Positions 18,701 through 28,012 of a stretch of 64,000 nucleotides of DNA are shown here, in pieces. The notes below the pieces were generated by a model. That model searched no databases. It saw only the letters and a program-made list of their open reading frames with translations, and was not told the DNA's origin. A program made the translations under genes and the position numbers. This DNA is from Anaerolineae bacterium (lineage in GTDB: Bacteria > Chloroflexota > Anaerolineae > S140-20): the NCBI GenBank assembly GCA_027021705.1, contig JALUTT010000003.1, positions 11,479 to 75,478 on the forward strand, given 5' to 3'. The stretch's first letter is position 1. Each line of letters opens with the position of its first letter.

Positions 18701-21061
18701 GTCGTTAACGCTCTCGAAGAGGTCCACGAAGCCGCTGCCGGAGTAGCCGGTGTGGTTGGTGTTGACCCCGACGTTGGTCTTGATGGCGTCCTCGGCCTCG
18801 TAGCGGTCGCCGGTCGGCGCGGTGAAGGAGCGCTTGATGTAGATCATATCCCAGTACTGGAGCGAGGGGACGGTGAAGGCGACGTAGTTGCCCACGCTGT
18901 CGCTCCCGGTGGTGTAGCTCAGGGCCTGGGTCTTGCCGTGGTCGAGGTCGGGCGAGGCCAGGTAGACCCCGGAGATGGTGACGTTGGGGCCCATGCGGTA
19001 CTTGACGGCCAGGTTGGTCTTGGTGGGCGGCGTGTTGGCCTCGTTGCGCCACTGGTCGTCGTTGCCGACCAGGTTGATAAGGTGCAGGACCTCGTAGTCG
19101 TCGTTGCGGCGGGTCAGGAACCAGATGGTGTTGCCGGACCCATCGCCGGAGAGGCTCTCGTTGGCGATCTCGATCCACTGCAGCCCCCCGTCACCGGGGA
19201 TCAGGTCAGGGTCGAAGAGGAGGTTCTCGTAGGCGGTGATGAAATCGTAGTAGTCCTTCATCGCCGCCTTCAGGGAATTGCGCATCTGCTTGCTGTTGTT
19301 GGGGAAGTAGGGGTGCCCCAGCATCTGGTCCCCTTCGCCCATCTCGATATGGAAGGCTCCTGAAGCGGCAAAGGCGGCATTAGCCAGGCGGACGGTATCC
19401 TCGTCGAAGGTGCCCAAGGTGAGGCTGTCCAGGTTGATGAACCCAGAATCGTCGGCATCCCGGGCCAGCTTGATAGTGTGGTTCCCGGCGGTCAGCGTCG
19501 TCACGTGATAGGCATCGCGGGCCCAGGTGTCCCAGTTGGCCTGATCCAGGAACTCGATCTGGGCCTCGTCCACGCCGTCCACGTAGACGCTCCGGGTGGC
19601 CGTGGCCCCCGTGTCGTTGCCGTAGCGGAAGACCAGGGCGTACTTGCCATCCTCGGGGACCGAGATGGAGAACTGGACGTAGTCCCCCGCCTCACCGAAC
19701 TGGTCTACGAAACCCCAGCCGGTGTAGCCGGGATGATTGTTGTTGGTCCCCACGTTGTACAGCGTGGCGTCCTCAGCCTCGTAGCGGGTCCCCGTGTTCT
19801 CGTAGTAGTTGGGGTAGGCCGCTAGCACGATGGCCTTCCCCTCGCTCTCCGTACGGACCTGGCGGACGAAGTCGTAGATCGCCTTGTAGGTCGTGCTGTT
19901 CTCCCAGATCTCGCTGTAGTGGAAGTCCACGTCCCCATTGCGCACCACGTCGTTAACGCCCCAGGCGTTGACGCCCCCGTTGACCAGGTTGAAGGTGAGA
20001 GCATCCTGACCCGTTTTGCCGGCATTGTGGTAGGCAAGGGCACTGATGTGCTCCTTGGCATTGTTGATGAGAGCGGAGAAGCTGTTGCCCAGGTCAACGG
20101 TGTTCCCCCAGTAGTCGTAGTAGGTAGTGTTCCAGTAATTGCCCATCTGATCCAGGTGGATGCCATCGAAGTCCGCCGTGAGGATCGCCTCGTCGTACTG
20201 GCGGAAGATGTGGTTCTGCCAGTTCGGATTGGCCGGGTTGAAGATCCACAGGTTGGTGTTGGGATCATCGTCCCCGAAGTCGAAGACCACCTGGTTCGTG
20301 TGGGTGGTGTCGAAGTACAGCCCCCACTGGGGATTGACACCGGAGACCTGCTGGTAATCCTGGAGGGCGGCGTAGATCATAAAGTAGGGCATGGCCGCCA
20401 TCCCATAGCCGTGGGCAGCCTCGACTAGGTCTTGGATCACCCCATACGAGATGGGGTTCCCCGCCCAATCGTACCAGGGGTCGTTGATTGTCCCGTTGGT
20501 ACGGGAGATGACCTGCTCGTGACGCCACATCCAGTCGTAGAATTGGACGGCGTTGATATGGTAGTTCTCGGCGAGGAGGCGTATCTTCTCCTGGCTCTGG
20601 GCCTGTGTCTGACCAGGGGTGAAATCGTGCACATAGCCGTAGCGGGGGTAGCGCGTCCAGTCGCTGGAGACGTCAATGGCCGTCGCGTTCGCATCGGTGG
20701 TCCCGGCCCGCACCTCCACGTGGTAGCCCCGGAAGTCGGTGGACGGCGCAGTCCAGGTGAAGGTCTTGGTCGTCGCCGCCCCCGAGGCCACGCTGAGGGA
20801 CTGGCTGGCCGAATAGACCGTGGTCTCCAGGTGACGGATGTCCAGGTAAAGCGTACCGCTCCAGTCCGCCCCCGTGTTGTTCTTGATTTCCACGGTGATG
20901 GTCACCGGATCTCCGGGATCGTACCGGGCTTTGTCCGTGTACACCCGCTGGATCAAGTCACCGGGAGCAGCGAGGACGGAGACCGTCGTGCGTATCGTCA
21001 GGACTGCCAGGAGGCAGACTGCGATGACGATACCTAGGGTGAGCAACTTGTTGGTCTTCAT
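15749..21061 (-). CDS. Secreted multidomain GH66 (CITase/dextranase-like)-CBM35-CBM35-GH15 fusion, about 1770 aa
   Basis: Signal peptide MKTNKLL..; GH66 TDKARY, RYPRYGY, QFYDWMWRH, DGIHLDQMG, YSEIW; two YEAEDA..GFVD CBM35/CBM6-like modules; GH15-type VWPRDA, PQVDET, AWEDKWG, GAEQID. Confidence 0.88.
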   Translation of the reverse strand: MKTNKLLTLGIVIAVCLLAVLTIRTTVSVLAAPGDLIQRVYTDKARYDPGDPVTITVEIKNNTGADWSGTLYLDIRHLETTVYSASQSLSVASGAATTKTFTWTAPSTDFRGYHVEVRAGTTDANATAIDVSSDWTRYPRYGYVHDFTPGQTQAQSQEKIRLLAENYHINAVQFYDWMWRHEQVISRTNGTINDPWYDWAGNPISYGVIQDLVEAAHGYGMAAMPYFMIYAALQDYQQVSGVNPQWGLYFDTTHTNQVVFDFGDDDPNTNLWIFNPANPNWQNHIFRQYDEAILTADFDGIHLDQMGNYWNTTYYDYWGNTVDLGNSFSALINNAKEHISALAYHNAGKTGQDALTFNLVNGGVNAWGVNDVVRNGDVDFHYSEIWENSTTYKAIYDFVRQVRTESEGKAIVLAAYPNYYENTGTRYEAEDATLYNVGTNNNHPGYTGWGFVDQFGEAGDYVQFSISVPEDGKYALVFRYGNDTGATATRSVYVDGVDEAQIEFLDQANWDTWARDAYHVTTLTAGNHTIKLARDADDSGFINLDSLTLGTFDEDTVRLANAAFAASGAFHIEMGEGDQMLGHPYFPNNSKQMRNSLKAAMKDYYDFITAYENLLFDPDLIPGDGGLQWIEIANESLSGDGSGNTIWFLTRRNDDYEVLHLINLVGNDDQWRNEANTPPTKTNLAVKYRMGPNVTISGVYLASPDLDHGKTQALSYTTGSDSVGNYVAFTVPSLQYWDMIYIKRSFTAPTGDRYEAEDAIKTNVGVNTNHTGYSGSGFVDLFESVNDGVSFLVYAPTEDDYVLRFRYANATGSTATRDVYVDGQYAGRVTMKSLANWDTWGDGILTVRLKPGLHQVVFWFTSQNATAINLDYLEVQPAYVWAFDTQIDRLPDGYYLTFRVGLPGYVHWGTDNWNNVTDTWFVPNGSSDPYEDYEATIGPFSGSTEINFTFAWDDNDDGTIDRWEGQDWSIGTNAPTADYYQVEGITGNNYAFAQFDARGSLFDFMVPLGIWSGIKVDGSVGAEGAQVNIYKSVAGVKVGSTYYWLNDPTWWDYSQSYVDDTVTLVFTATHKTLPLQVVKTAFIPKNITFPNDTSNNPIRGLLIQRYTVKNTGASSLNATFLYYQDMNINGADAQDSVSYNATDDILFFHDPGDASTGRTRTLDFGLALRGSSSGYKTYRETDAAYLAKDLTIAAGGSQGVDLLLVGAHTPSTGADLYTSHIKPAVDWFRNANLDSVRSTTESFWTTLLSNATTFESPDATYNRLYKRSLLTAYLYFDAEKGGMGAGSYNGAYFYVWPRDAVYGAVTLDRAGIHDVAAKVYDWLWNTAKRDTSSNDIGNDGIYHRYWYQKYTMDGEPEWWNPQVDETAIIPWGAWYHYQVTGDSTFLSSYGDLVREAADVASTENPHECFNYDGTLKLIYSQNAWEDKWGYFLYSNANIVAGLRDAAAYMDAIGDTTWKNTFNSRKADFEWGIRNSLYNATTGRYDHGRYVKKVGYCTNTGLELNRDVSADISMLGLVTPFAVEPVTTTAAVSTVQHLEPALTDFSETKMAYGGVVRYRADQEELYGADYRDHGDSYYDGGPWMMPTDWLSEYYLEWADAVTGTAKVDRAKAYVDYLIGYLGNLGLGAEQIDENKRPDQFALETAWANVWESNGKIVDNLLAFIDYRYDATANALSVAPKLPSAWNYLGSSIRLKDGTLYIKVTKGTNQRLVDLDNNTPTALSVEVYVQTDAQPTGVSGTTLSWSYDATTGRVKLYGTLGANTTQDITISY

Positions 21062-21087
21062 ACTCTTGCTCCTTCCTTTGTCGGTGC

Positions 21088-22755
21088 TCAACGAGCACAC
21101 TCTATGGCGATCAGGTCCCAATAGTCAAGGCGGGGCACGGTGAAGGTGACGTAGCTTCCCCGCTCATCCCGGTCAACGCGATAGGGGAGAGGCCGAGCTT
21201 GGACATCGGCAAAGTCGGGGGAGGCCAGCCAGACGCGCCGAGGACGTCGGTCGGTGTAGCAACGCACCTGCACCCCTTCCAGAGGGGAAGGTCCTGCCGG
21301 CAGCGCCTCGCTCCATTCGGACGTGGGGAGACCGACCAGGTTGATCAGGTGGATGACCTCCACGCCTGCCCCACGCCGTACCATCACCCACACCCTATCC
21401 CGATCCCCCTTGTGGGTGACCTCTACGCCTTCGATAGTGATGGACCCGGCCTCTTCTTCGGTGACGTCCTCGGTCTCCAGAGCCAACAGGTTCTCGTAAC
21501 GCACCACAAAGTCGTAGTAGCGACGCAATACGCCGGCCAACCCCTTCGGCACCGGCTGGTAATTGGGGAAATAGGGATCGGCCAGCATCTTCCCCTGCTC
21601 ACCCAGCTCGATGTGGAACCCCCCGCTGGCAAAGATCACCGCATCGGCCAGGCGGACGTTGTGGGGCTGAGAAGGGGGGATGTAGACTGCCAGCACGACC
21701 GGCTTCCCTTCGCCCAGCCGTCGGGCGTTGACGATCAACGACCAGAGATCGTAGTACCGGGTATGGGGGGGCCACACCTCGATGTACAGGAAGTCCTGCG
21801 GTGCTTGAGCCACATCCTCGATGGGCCAGTTGCCCACGGCGTTGAAGACGACCGCCGCTTCAGGGCGGACGGCCACCAACCTCTCCCGCGCTCGCCGGAT
21901 AAAGGCGTGGAAAGCCTGGGCGATCTCCACCGGACGTCCCTGGGCATCAAAGCCCGCCTTGGGATCGCCGTACTGGTCCAGATGGATCCCGTCGAAGCCC
22001 ATCTTGTGCATCGCTTCTACGAACTGAGCTATCAAGTAGTCGGTCCAAGGGGAATCGGGGGCAGGGTTCATAATGCTTAGGAAATCCTGGCCGAAGGGAA
22101 TGATGCGACCCTGAGCATCGTAGAGGGCCCAGTCGGGGTGGGCCTGCCCGAACCCCACCGATGCCCCGTAGACGGCCGTGTAGGCCATTGCAGCGATGTT
22201 GCGACGATGGGCCGCCTCGATGAAGGCCCGTACCGTCTGGCGGGAGAGCCAACGCCCCAACGGGTCCTGATAGGTCTCCTGATCTGCCAACAGGTCTTCG
22301 TGGCGATACATCCAGTCGTAGAACTGCAGCCCGTTGATGTGGTAGCGCGCCAACCCTTCGATGGTAGACACGACGTCGGCCCGATCCGGCGGGAAATCGG
22401 AGAGGAAGCCGTAACGAGGGGCCATCGTCCACCGACTCAGCACATCCACGGCCGTAGAAGCTCGGGCGACTACCCTGCCCTCCTCGTCAGTCACCACCCC
22501 ATCCACGCCGTAGCCCCGTCCATCCGTCGGAGGAAGGGGCAGTGCCACAGACACCCACTCCGATCCACCGGGGGGAAGCGAAAGGTCCGCTTCTACTTCG
22601 TGCACCCTATCCGCCAGAAAGGTCACCTGGAGTCGGATGGTGCCCCGAAAGGGGGCCGGCCCCGGACAGTGTCCGTGCACCCAGATGGTCGCCTCCTCCC
22701 CCGGCGGATACGTTCCTTTGTGAGGAAAGATGTCCAGAATCTCGACGGCAGCCAT
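21088..22755 (-). CDS. Cytoplasmic GH66 dextranase-like enzyme
   Basis: APRYGFL, QFYDWMYRH, DGIHLDQYG, YIEVW, HIELGE, YFPN; no signal peptide; ATG 22755 after GGAGGAGG. Confidence 0.9.
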   Translation of the reverse strand: MAAVEILDIFPHKGTYPPGEEATIWVHGHCPGPAPFRGTIRLQVTFLADRVHEVEADLSLPPGGSEWVSVALPLPPTDGRGYGVDGVVTDEEGRVVARASTAVDVLSRWTMAPRYGFLSDFPPDRADVVSTIEGLARYHINGLQFYDWMYRHEDLLADQETYQDPLGRWLSRQTVRAFIEAAHRRNIAAMAYTAVYGASVGFGQAHPDWALYDAQGRIIPFGQDFLSIMNPAPDSPWTDYLIAQFVEAMHKMGFDGIHLDQYGDPKAGFDAQGRPVEIAQAFHAFIRRARERLVAVRPEAAVVFNAVGNWPIEDVAQAPQDFLYIEVWPPHTRYYDLWSLIVNARRLGEGKPVVLAVYIPPSQPHNVRLADAVIFASGGFHIELGEQGKMLADPYFPNYQPVPKGLAGVLRRYYDFVVRYENLLALETEDVTEEEAGSITIEGVEVTHKGDRDRVWVMVRRGAGVEVIHLINLVGLPTSEWSEALPAGPSPLEGVQVRCYTDRRPRRVWLASPDFADVQARPLPYRVDRDERGSYVTFTVPRLDYWDLIAIECAR

Positions 22756-22766
22756 GCCTCCTCCCC

Positions 22767-23624
22767 CTAACCCTTGAGGGCCCCGGTGGTCAGGCCGCTG
22801 ATGAAGTAGCGTTGCAGACTCGCATACAGGAGCACGATGGGGATCATCGCGATGAGGGAGGCGGCGAAGACCAGGCCCCACTGGGTGAGGTGTGCCCCGT
22901 GAAAAGTGGCAATGGCAACCGGCAGGGTCCGCTTGGCCTCCACATCTATCGCGGTAAGCGCCCAGGTGAACTCATCCCAGGCGAAGAGGAAGGTGAAGAT
23001 GGAAACGGTAGCCAGGGCAGGTTGGGAGAGAGGCAAGATGATGCGGAAGAAGATGGTGCCATACCCTCCGCCGTCTATGAGCACCGCTTCTTCCAACTCT
23101 CTGGGCAACTGCTCGAAGAAACCCCGCAGGAGAAAGGTGTTCAAGGGGATCGTCATCGCCACGTAGACGAAGACGAGCCCGCTCAGACTGTTGCGCAGCC
23201 CCAGCGTCTTGGCCAGGAGGAACTGGGGAATGATGAGCATCAAGCCGGGTATCATCAGGGTAAAGAGGAGCATGTAGAAGATCGGGGCCTTGCCCGGAAA
23301 CTGGAAACGGGCGAAGGCATACGCCAGCATCGCGGAACAGAGCACCGAGACGAGGGTCGCCGTCACGGCCACGACGGCGCTGTTGCGGAAGTAGAGGGAG
23401 AAGTTGTTCGACTGCCAGGCCTCGATGAAGTTGACGAGGGTGGGCTCCCTAGGGATGAAACGGGGAGGGATCTCGAAGACGTAGACCTGCCCCTTCAGGG
23501 CCGTGGAGACCATGTAGATGAGAGGGATCGCCATCACGACGGCCCCCGCCCCCAGGGCCAGGTACAGGAAAACGATCTCGACGAACTGCTGACGCTTGTT
23601 CAACACCATCGGGGTTCGCTCCAT
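22767..23624 (-). CDS. Carbohydrate ABC transporter permease (MalG-like)
   Basis: EEAVLIDGG EAA loop; TGATG coupling with the upstream permease. Confidence 0.93.
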   Translation of the reverse strand: MERTPMVLNKRQQFVEIVFLYLALGAGAVVMAIPLIYMVSTALKGQVYVFEIPPRFIPREPTLVNFIEAWQSNNFSLYFRNSAVVAVTATLVSVLCSAMLAYAFARFQFPGKAPIFYMLLFTLMIPGLMLIIPQFLLAKTLGLRNSLSGLVFVYVAMTIPLNTFLLRGFFEQLPRELEEAVLIDGGGYGTIFFRIILPLSQPALATVSIFTFLFAWDEFTWALTAIDVEAKRTLPVAIATFHGAHLTQWGLVFAASLIAMIPIVLLYASLQRYFISGLTTGALKG

Positions 23625-24517
23625 CAAAATTCCACGGGCCGGCGCAAAAAGCGGATCTGCAGGAAGCTGAGGACGAAGATGATAGCCGCCAGGAGATAGG
23701 AGAGCGCCGCACCATAGCCAAAGTCCAGAAAATTGAAGGCCTCGTTGTACATATACGTGAGGATCGTCTCCGTGCGGTGCATAGGCTCTCCCCCGGTGAT
23801 GAGATAAACCGGAATGAAGACGTTGAAGCCACCGATGGTCAGCATCACCAGGACGAAGACGAGGGTGGGGCGCATTATGGGGAGGGTCACGTACCAGAAC
23901 CGCTGCCATCGGCTGGCCCCGTCAATGGCAGCCGCCTCGTGGAGTTCCACGGGAATCCCCTGCAAGGCTGCCAGGAAGATCACCATAGACCAACCGATCC
24001 CCTTCCAGATGCCCAAGGTCATAATGGCGATGAGGGCGGTGCCGGGATTCTGAAGCCAGGGGATGTAGTTGGGAGTTAGGTGCAACAGGTCCTTCAGGAC
24101 GAAGTTGATCAGCCCAGCCTGGCTGTTGAAGAGGAACTTAAAGAGCAAGGAGACGACGACCCAGGAGGTGATCACAGGGAGGTAGTAGACCGTGCGGAAG
24201 AAGACCCGTCCCCAGACGAGACGGTTGAGGGCCAGGGCAACTACCATAGCCAGCACCATCTGTCCCGGCACGGTCACCAGGGTGTAGAGGGCCGTGTTCC
24301 GCATCGCCAGCCAGAAGATGGGGTCTTGGAAGGCCCGCAGATAGTTGGCAAGCCCCAAGAACTGGCTGGCCTGCCCCGGCATGATCTCCCATCGGTACAA
24401 GCTGATCTGGAAGGCCTTGATCAGAGGATAGATCTGGAAGGTGAGGAAGAAGATCAAGCCGGGGAGCATGAAGAGATACGCCACTCGGATCTGCTGCCGG
24501 CGGAGGGCTCTGTTCAT
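23624..24517 (-). CDS. Carbohydrate ABC transporter permease (MalF-like)
   Basis: GLANY, EAAAIDGAS, multiple TM helices. Confidence 0.93.
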   Translation of the reverse strand: MNRALRRQQIRVAYLFMLPGLIFFLTFQIYPLIKAFQISLYRWEIMPGQASQFLGLANYLRAFQDPIFWLAMRNTALYTLVTVPGQMVLAMVVALALNRLVWGRVFFRTVYYLPVITSWVVVSLLFKFLFNSQAGLINFVLKDLLHLTPNYIPWLQNPGTALIAIMTLGIWKGIGWSMVIFLAALQGIPVELHEAAAIDGASRWQRFWYVTLPIMRPTLVFVLVMLTIGGFNVFIPVYLITGGEPMHRTETILTYMYNEAFNFLDFGYGAALSYLLAAIIFVLSFLQIRFLRRPVEF

Positions 24518-24567
24518 CACGCAAACTTTCCCCAAAAGGCGGTGTGGGATAGAAACACGCATCAGGG

Positions 24568-24597
24568 GAGGCGGGCGGCCATAGGTCCGCCCGCCTC
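24568..24597. terminator. Hairpin downstream of the SBP gene (stabiliser or partial terminator)
   Basis: GAGGCGGGCGG/CCGCCCGCCTC inverted repeat. Confidence 0.5.
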
Positions 24598-24619
24598 TTT
24601 GCTGTAGCTGACGGGAGGA

Positions 24620-25993
24620 TCAGTCTGTCGCCAGCAAGCTGTCTATCTTAGGAGCCAGCTCGTCGAGGGCCTCTTGAGCGCCCTTCTCACCCCGCAGGAT
24701 GGCTTGGCCGGTGCTGGTAAGCAGGTCTTCGATCTTAGGCCAATTGGGATGGGGCAGGCGGGCCTTGGCCGTCTTGAGCTGCTCGAAGAAGAGCGCAAAG
24801 TAGGGCTGCTTCTGCACCGCTTCGTCGGTGACATCCATACGCACTGGCACCTGCCCAACGTCTGCCATCATCAACTGCACCTCGGGCGAGAGCATAAAGC
24901 GGATAAACTCCGCCGCCGCCTCCTTGTGCTGGCTTTGCTGGAACATCACAATGTCCTCGCCACCCACGACAGAGATGGAGCCCCCATCCCCGGCAGGCAT
25001 AAGTGCCCACTGGATCTCCTTGTCTGGATACTGAGCCTCGAAGATAGCAGGCATCCACGGGCCTTCCAGCAGGTTCGCAATCTGGTCCTGAGCATACCCA
25101 CCGGAGGTGTCCACACCGCCGCCGAGGATGCCAGGATGCAGGTACCCTTTATCCAGGAGCTCCTTGAGGAACTCATAGGCTGCTACTGTAGCAGGACTGT
25201 TGACGTAGCCGGAGGCTGTAGTCATATCAGGATCGGTAAGGGAACCTCCGAAGCTCCAGATCCAAGGGAGCACTGCCCAGCCGTAGGTGCCTCCATCGGC
25301 GAAACAGTACTTGTCCTCGCCTAGGCTCTTGATCTTCTCACAGACGGCCAGGAACTCGTCAATGGTCGTGGGCGGCTCGGTGATGCCCGCCGCTTCGTAC
25401 ATCTCCTTGTTCCACATCAGGATGCGGGTGTTGGTGTCCAGGGGAAGACCATAGTAATGGCCCTTCCAGTAGTTGGTCGAGAGCGGCCCGGGGAAGACCT
25501 GGTCCTTGTACTCGTCGAAGTCGGGCATCAGCTCGTCCAAAGCTACCAAGGCCCCCATATCGGCCAACTCCGGCACCCAGATGATGTCGGAGCGGATGAG
25601 ATCCGGGGCGGTGCCTCCCGCGATGGCGGTCAACAGCTTCTTGCGGAACTCGTTGTACGGCACAGCCTGGGCCTCAACCTTGATGTTAGGATACTTCTCC
25701 TCGAAGGCCGGGATCACCTTCTTGGTAAGCATCTCCGTCTCAACCGGGTTGTAAGCGTGCCAGAAAGCGATGGTCACTGGCCCTTCCGGCTGCGGCGTCG
25801 GCGTGACGACCTTCTCGACCTCGACGATCTTGGTCTCCACCACCTTCTCCCCCGGCTTCTCCACCACCTGGGTGACGACGACGGTCTCCTTGATGACCTG
25901 GGGGGTGGGTGTGGCCGCCGGCCCGCAGGCAATGACCACGAGGGCCAGCACCACGAGGACGATCAAAAGCAGAAAAGCCTTGCGCGCGTTCAT
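24620..25993 (-). CDS. Carbohydrate ABC transporter substrate-binding lipoprotein
   Basis: Lipobox VVIAC, VKETVVV linker, GTAPD, YYGLP, SVVGGED. Confidence 0.94.
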   Translation of the reverse strand: MNARKAFLLLIVLVVLALVVIACGPAATPTPQVIKETVVVTQVVEKPGEKVVETKIVEVEKVVTPTPQPEGPVTIAFWHAYNPVETEMLTKKVIPAFEEKYPNIKVEAQAVPYNEFRKKLLTAIAGGTAPDLIRSDIIWVPELADMGALVALDELMPDFDEYKDQVFPGPLSTNYWKGHYYGLPLDTNTRILMWNKEMYEAAGITEPPTTIDEFLAVCEKIKSLGEDKYCFADGGTYGWAVLPWIWSFGGSLTDPDMTTASGYVNSPATVAAYEFLKELLDKGYLHPGILGGGVDTSGGYAQDQIANLLEGPWMPAIFEAQYPDKEIQWALMPAGDGGSISVVGGEDIVMFQQSQHKEAAAEFIRFMLSPEVQLMMADVGQVPVRMDVTDEAVQKQPYFALFFEQLKTAKARLPHPNWPKIEDLLTSTGQAILRGEKGAQEALDELAPKIDSLLATD

Positions 25994-26091
25994 TGGGTTC
26001 TCCTCCTTAGCTTACAGGGGTTCTGAAGAACGAACTGAAAAAGGGGTGATCGGTCGTCTCCTTGAGCGGTGCATCCCTCCTTTCTGCCTCG

Positions 26092-26112
26092 ACTTTGTTT
26101 GGAGAGCAAAGT
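26092..26112. promoter_or_regulatory. Putative ROK operator upstream of the SBP gene
   Basis: ACTTTGTTTGGAGAGCAAAGT, 21-bp dyad matching the site at 27430. Confidence 0.65.
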
Positions 26113-26165
26113 AAGTTGGGGCCGAAGAAAAACGACTGACAGAGCGTAGGGGTCGGGCAGGGGCC

Positions 26166-27428
26166 TCAGGCCACCGCCGCGATGAGGTCCACCGCACCCT
26201 CCCGCTGCACGGGCGAGCGGAAGAGCTCCCCCAACACCACGCAGGCCGCGCCCCGGGCCCAGGCCTCATCGCCGGAAGGCTCGATGACGATCTCCATCTC
26301 ATCGGCCAGCCCGTTGAAAGCGTGGGCCCGGATCACCTCGCGCATCGGGCCGAAGCGCCACTCGCCGGCCCGCACCCCCTCACCACCCACGATGACCATC
26401 TGGGGGTTCAGGACGTTGACCAGGGTAGCGATGCCGACGCCCAGCCACCGGCCCGAGTCGGCCAGCAGCCGCCGGGCCAGCTCGTCCCCCGCCTCGGCGG
26501 CCTCCACCACCGCTTCCAGCGAGAGGGGGTCCACCGCAGCCAGGCTCGTCTTCTCCCCCAGGGCGATGGCCGCCCGCGCCTGGCGCACCACCGCCGGGTC
26601 CGAGGCCAGGGCCTCCAAGCAGCCCCGCTTACCACAATCGCAGGGCGGCCCGCCATCCACCAGGGTGATGTGGCCGAACTCCCCGGCCCCGCCCAGCGCC
26701 CCGCGATAGAACTGGCCGTTGACCACGATGCCGGCGCCGATGCCCCGCCCCACGGTGACCACCACGAAGTGGTCCACCCCGTGGCCGTAGCCGAACCACT
26801 GCTCGGCGATGGTCAGGGTGTTCACGTCGTTCTCCAGGTAGACGGGCAGGTGGAAGTGCTCGGCGATGGGGTCGGCGATGCGGACGTTCCGCCAGCCGAA
26901 GAAGGGGGAGTAGCGGCAGATCCCGGCCGCCCCATCCACCAGCCCCGCCATCCCCACGCCGATGCCCAGCATCCGCCGGCGCTCCACCGCCGACTCCCGG
27001 ATGGTGGTCTCGATGGCCTCGATGATGAGCGGCAGGACGATCTCGACGGTAGGGGGATGGGGGTCGGCGGGGGGCAAGGGGGTCACCTGGTAGTGGAGGA
27101 CCTGGGCATCCAGGTCGGTGAGGGCGCTGGTGATGGCGTGCTCCATCAGCTTCACGCCCACCACAAAGCCGGCCCGGTGGTTGAGGCGGAGGAGGACGGG
27201 CCGCCGCCCGCCCGTGGACTCGCCGGCGCCCATCTCGTGGACCAGGCCGGTCTTCATCAGTTCGGCGGTGATGGCCGAGACGGTGGCCAGGCTCAGGCCG
27301 GAGAGGCGGGCGATCTCCGTGCGGGAGATAGGCCCCCGGCTCTTGATGAGGTTGAGCACCAGGTTGCGGTTGATCTTGCGGATGAGGGCGCGGTTTCCTC
27401 GGGGCAAGCGGGCCACAGGCTCCTCCAA
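26166..27428 (-). CDS. ROK-family transcriptional repressor (XylR/NagC-like)
   Basis: N-terminal wHTH ISRTEIARLSGLS..STGGRRP; ENDVN, GIGAG, GEFGH, CDCGKRGCLE; start may be GTG 27416. Confidence 0.95.
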   Translation of the reverse strand: MEEPVARLPRGNRALIRKINRNLVLNLIKSRGPISRTEIARLSGLSLATVSAITAELMKTGLVHEMGAGESTGGRRPVLLRLNHRAGFVVGVKLMEHAITSALTDLDAQVLHYQVTPLPPADPHPPTVEIVLPLIIEAIETTIRESAVERRRMLGIGVGMAGLVDGAAGICRYSPFFGWRNVRIADPIAEHFHLPVYLENDVNTLTIAEQWFGYGHGVDHFVVVTVGRGIGAGIVVNGQFYRGALGGAGEFGHITLVDGGPPCDCGKRGCLEALASDPAVVRQARAAIALGEKTSLAAVDPLSLEAVVEAAEAGDELARRLLADSGRWLGVGIATLVNVLNPQMVIVGGEGVRAGEWRFGPMREVIRAHAFNGLADEMEIVIEPSGDEAWARGAACVVLGELFRSPVQREGAVDLIAAVA

Positions 27429-27429
27429 T

Positions 27430-27486
27430 ACTTTAATCAGCGAACAAAGTTACAGCCATTCTACCACATTCTTCCACCGATGTCAA
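27430..27486 (-). promoter_or_regulatory. Sigma70 promoter with overlapping ROK operator (autoregulation)
   Basis: TTGACA(27486-27481)-17bp-TAGAAT(27463-27458) with extended TG; operator ACTTTGTTCGCTGATTAAAGT at 27450-27430. Confidence 0.78.
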
Positions 27487-28012
27487 GACTTTACCCGCCC
27501 CTGCACGTCCTGGTGGTACTCAGCATTCTTGTCCTGGCCGTCCTCGGCCATATGCCCGAAAGCCAGGCGGGCCGGCTCACCTGCCCGCCCCAGGTGGTGG
27601 TGGTTCCAGGAGGCCAACGGTATGGGCGACGCCATAGCCTGAGGTGTGATGGCGTCCATCCCGGTGCCGGCCGGTGGTATCTGTCTCACACCTGGCATAT
27701 CCCCCTTCTGCGCAGCCTGTTGCTGGGAGGCTTGTGGCATCTCAGTGGTGGGGGATGGAGCGCGTCCACCGGCCCTTGCGGGAGCAAGGGGTGCTTGTGC
27801 CGGCCTGAGCGTTGCCTGGCCTTTGGAGGCAACTCAGAATGAGGTCCCAAACTCGTGACGGTCACCTTGGAGTGGGTGGAAGGGAGGTAAGGTTCATGGT
27901 ATAATCGTCATTAAACGTACCGGGCTGTTCTGAAGGATTATATATCGTGCCCATGGGGGCGGGTGAGGCCCACAGCCCTTTCTTCGGGTACATTCTCTGA
28001 GGAGGTGTAGGG

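Noticed and set aside
16346..19363. 1005-aa plus-strand ORF and other long antisense ORFs (e.g. 1201-2664, 7315-9072, 26322-27842, 42819-44537, 58677-60467)
   Set aside because: Shadow ORFs opposite well-supported genes in high-GC DNA, with no recognisable motifs
27483..27858. Short ORFs between the ROK and kinase genes
   Set aside because: No recognisable motifs and overlap with the ROK promoter; cannot be supported, although a small or decayed gene is possible
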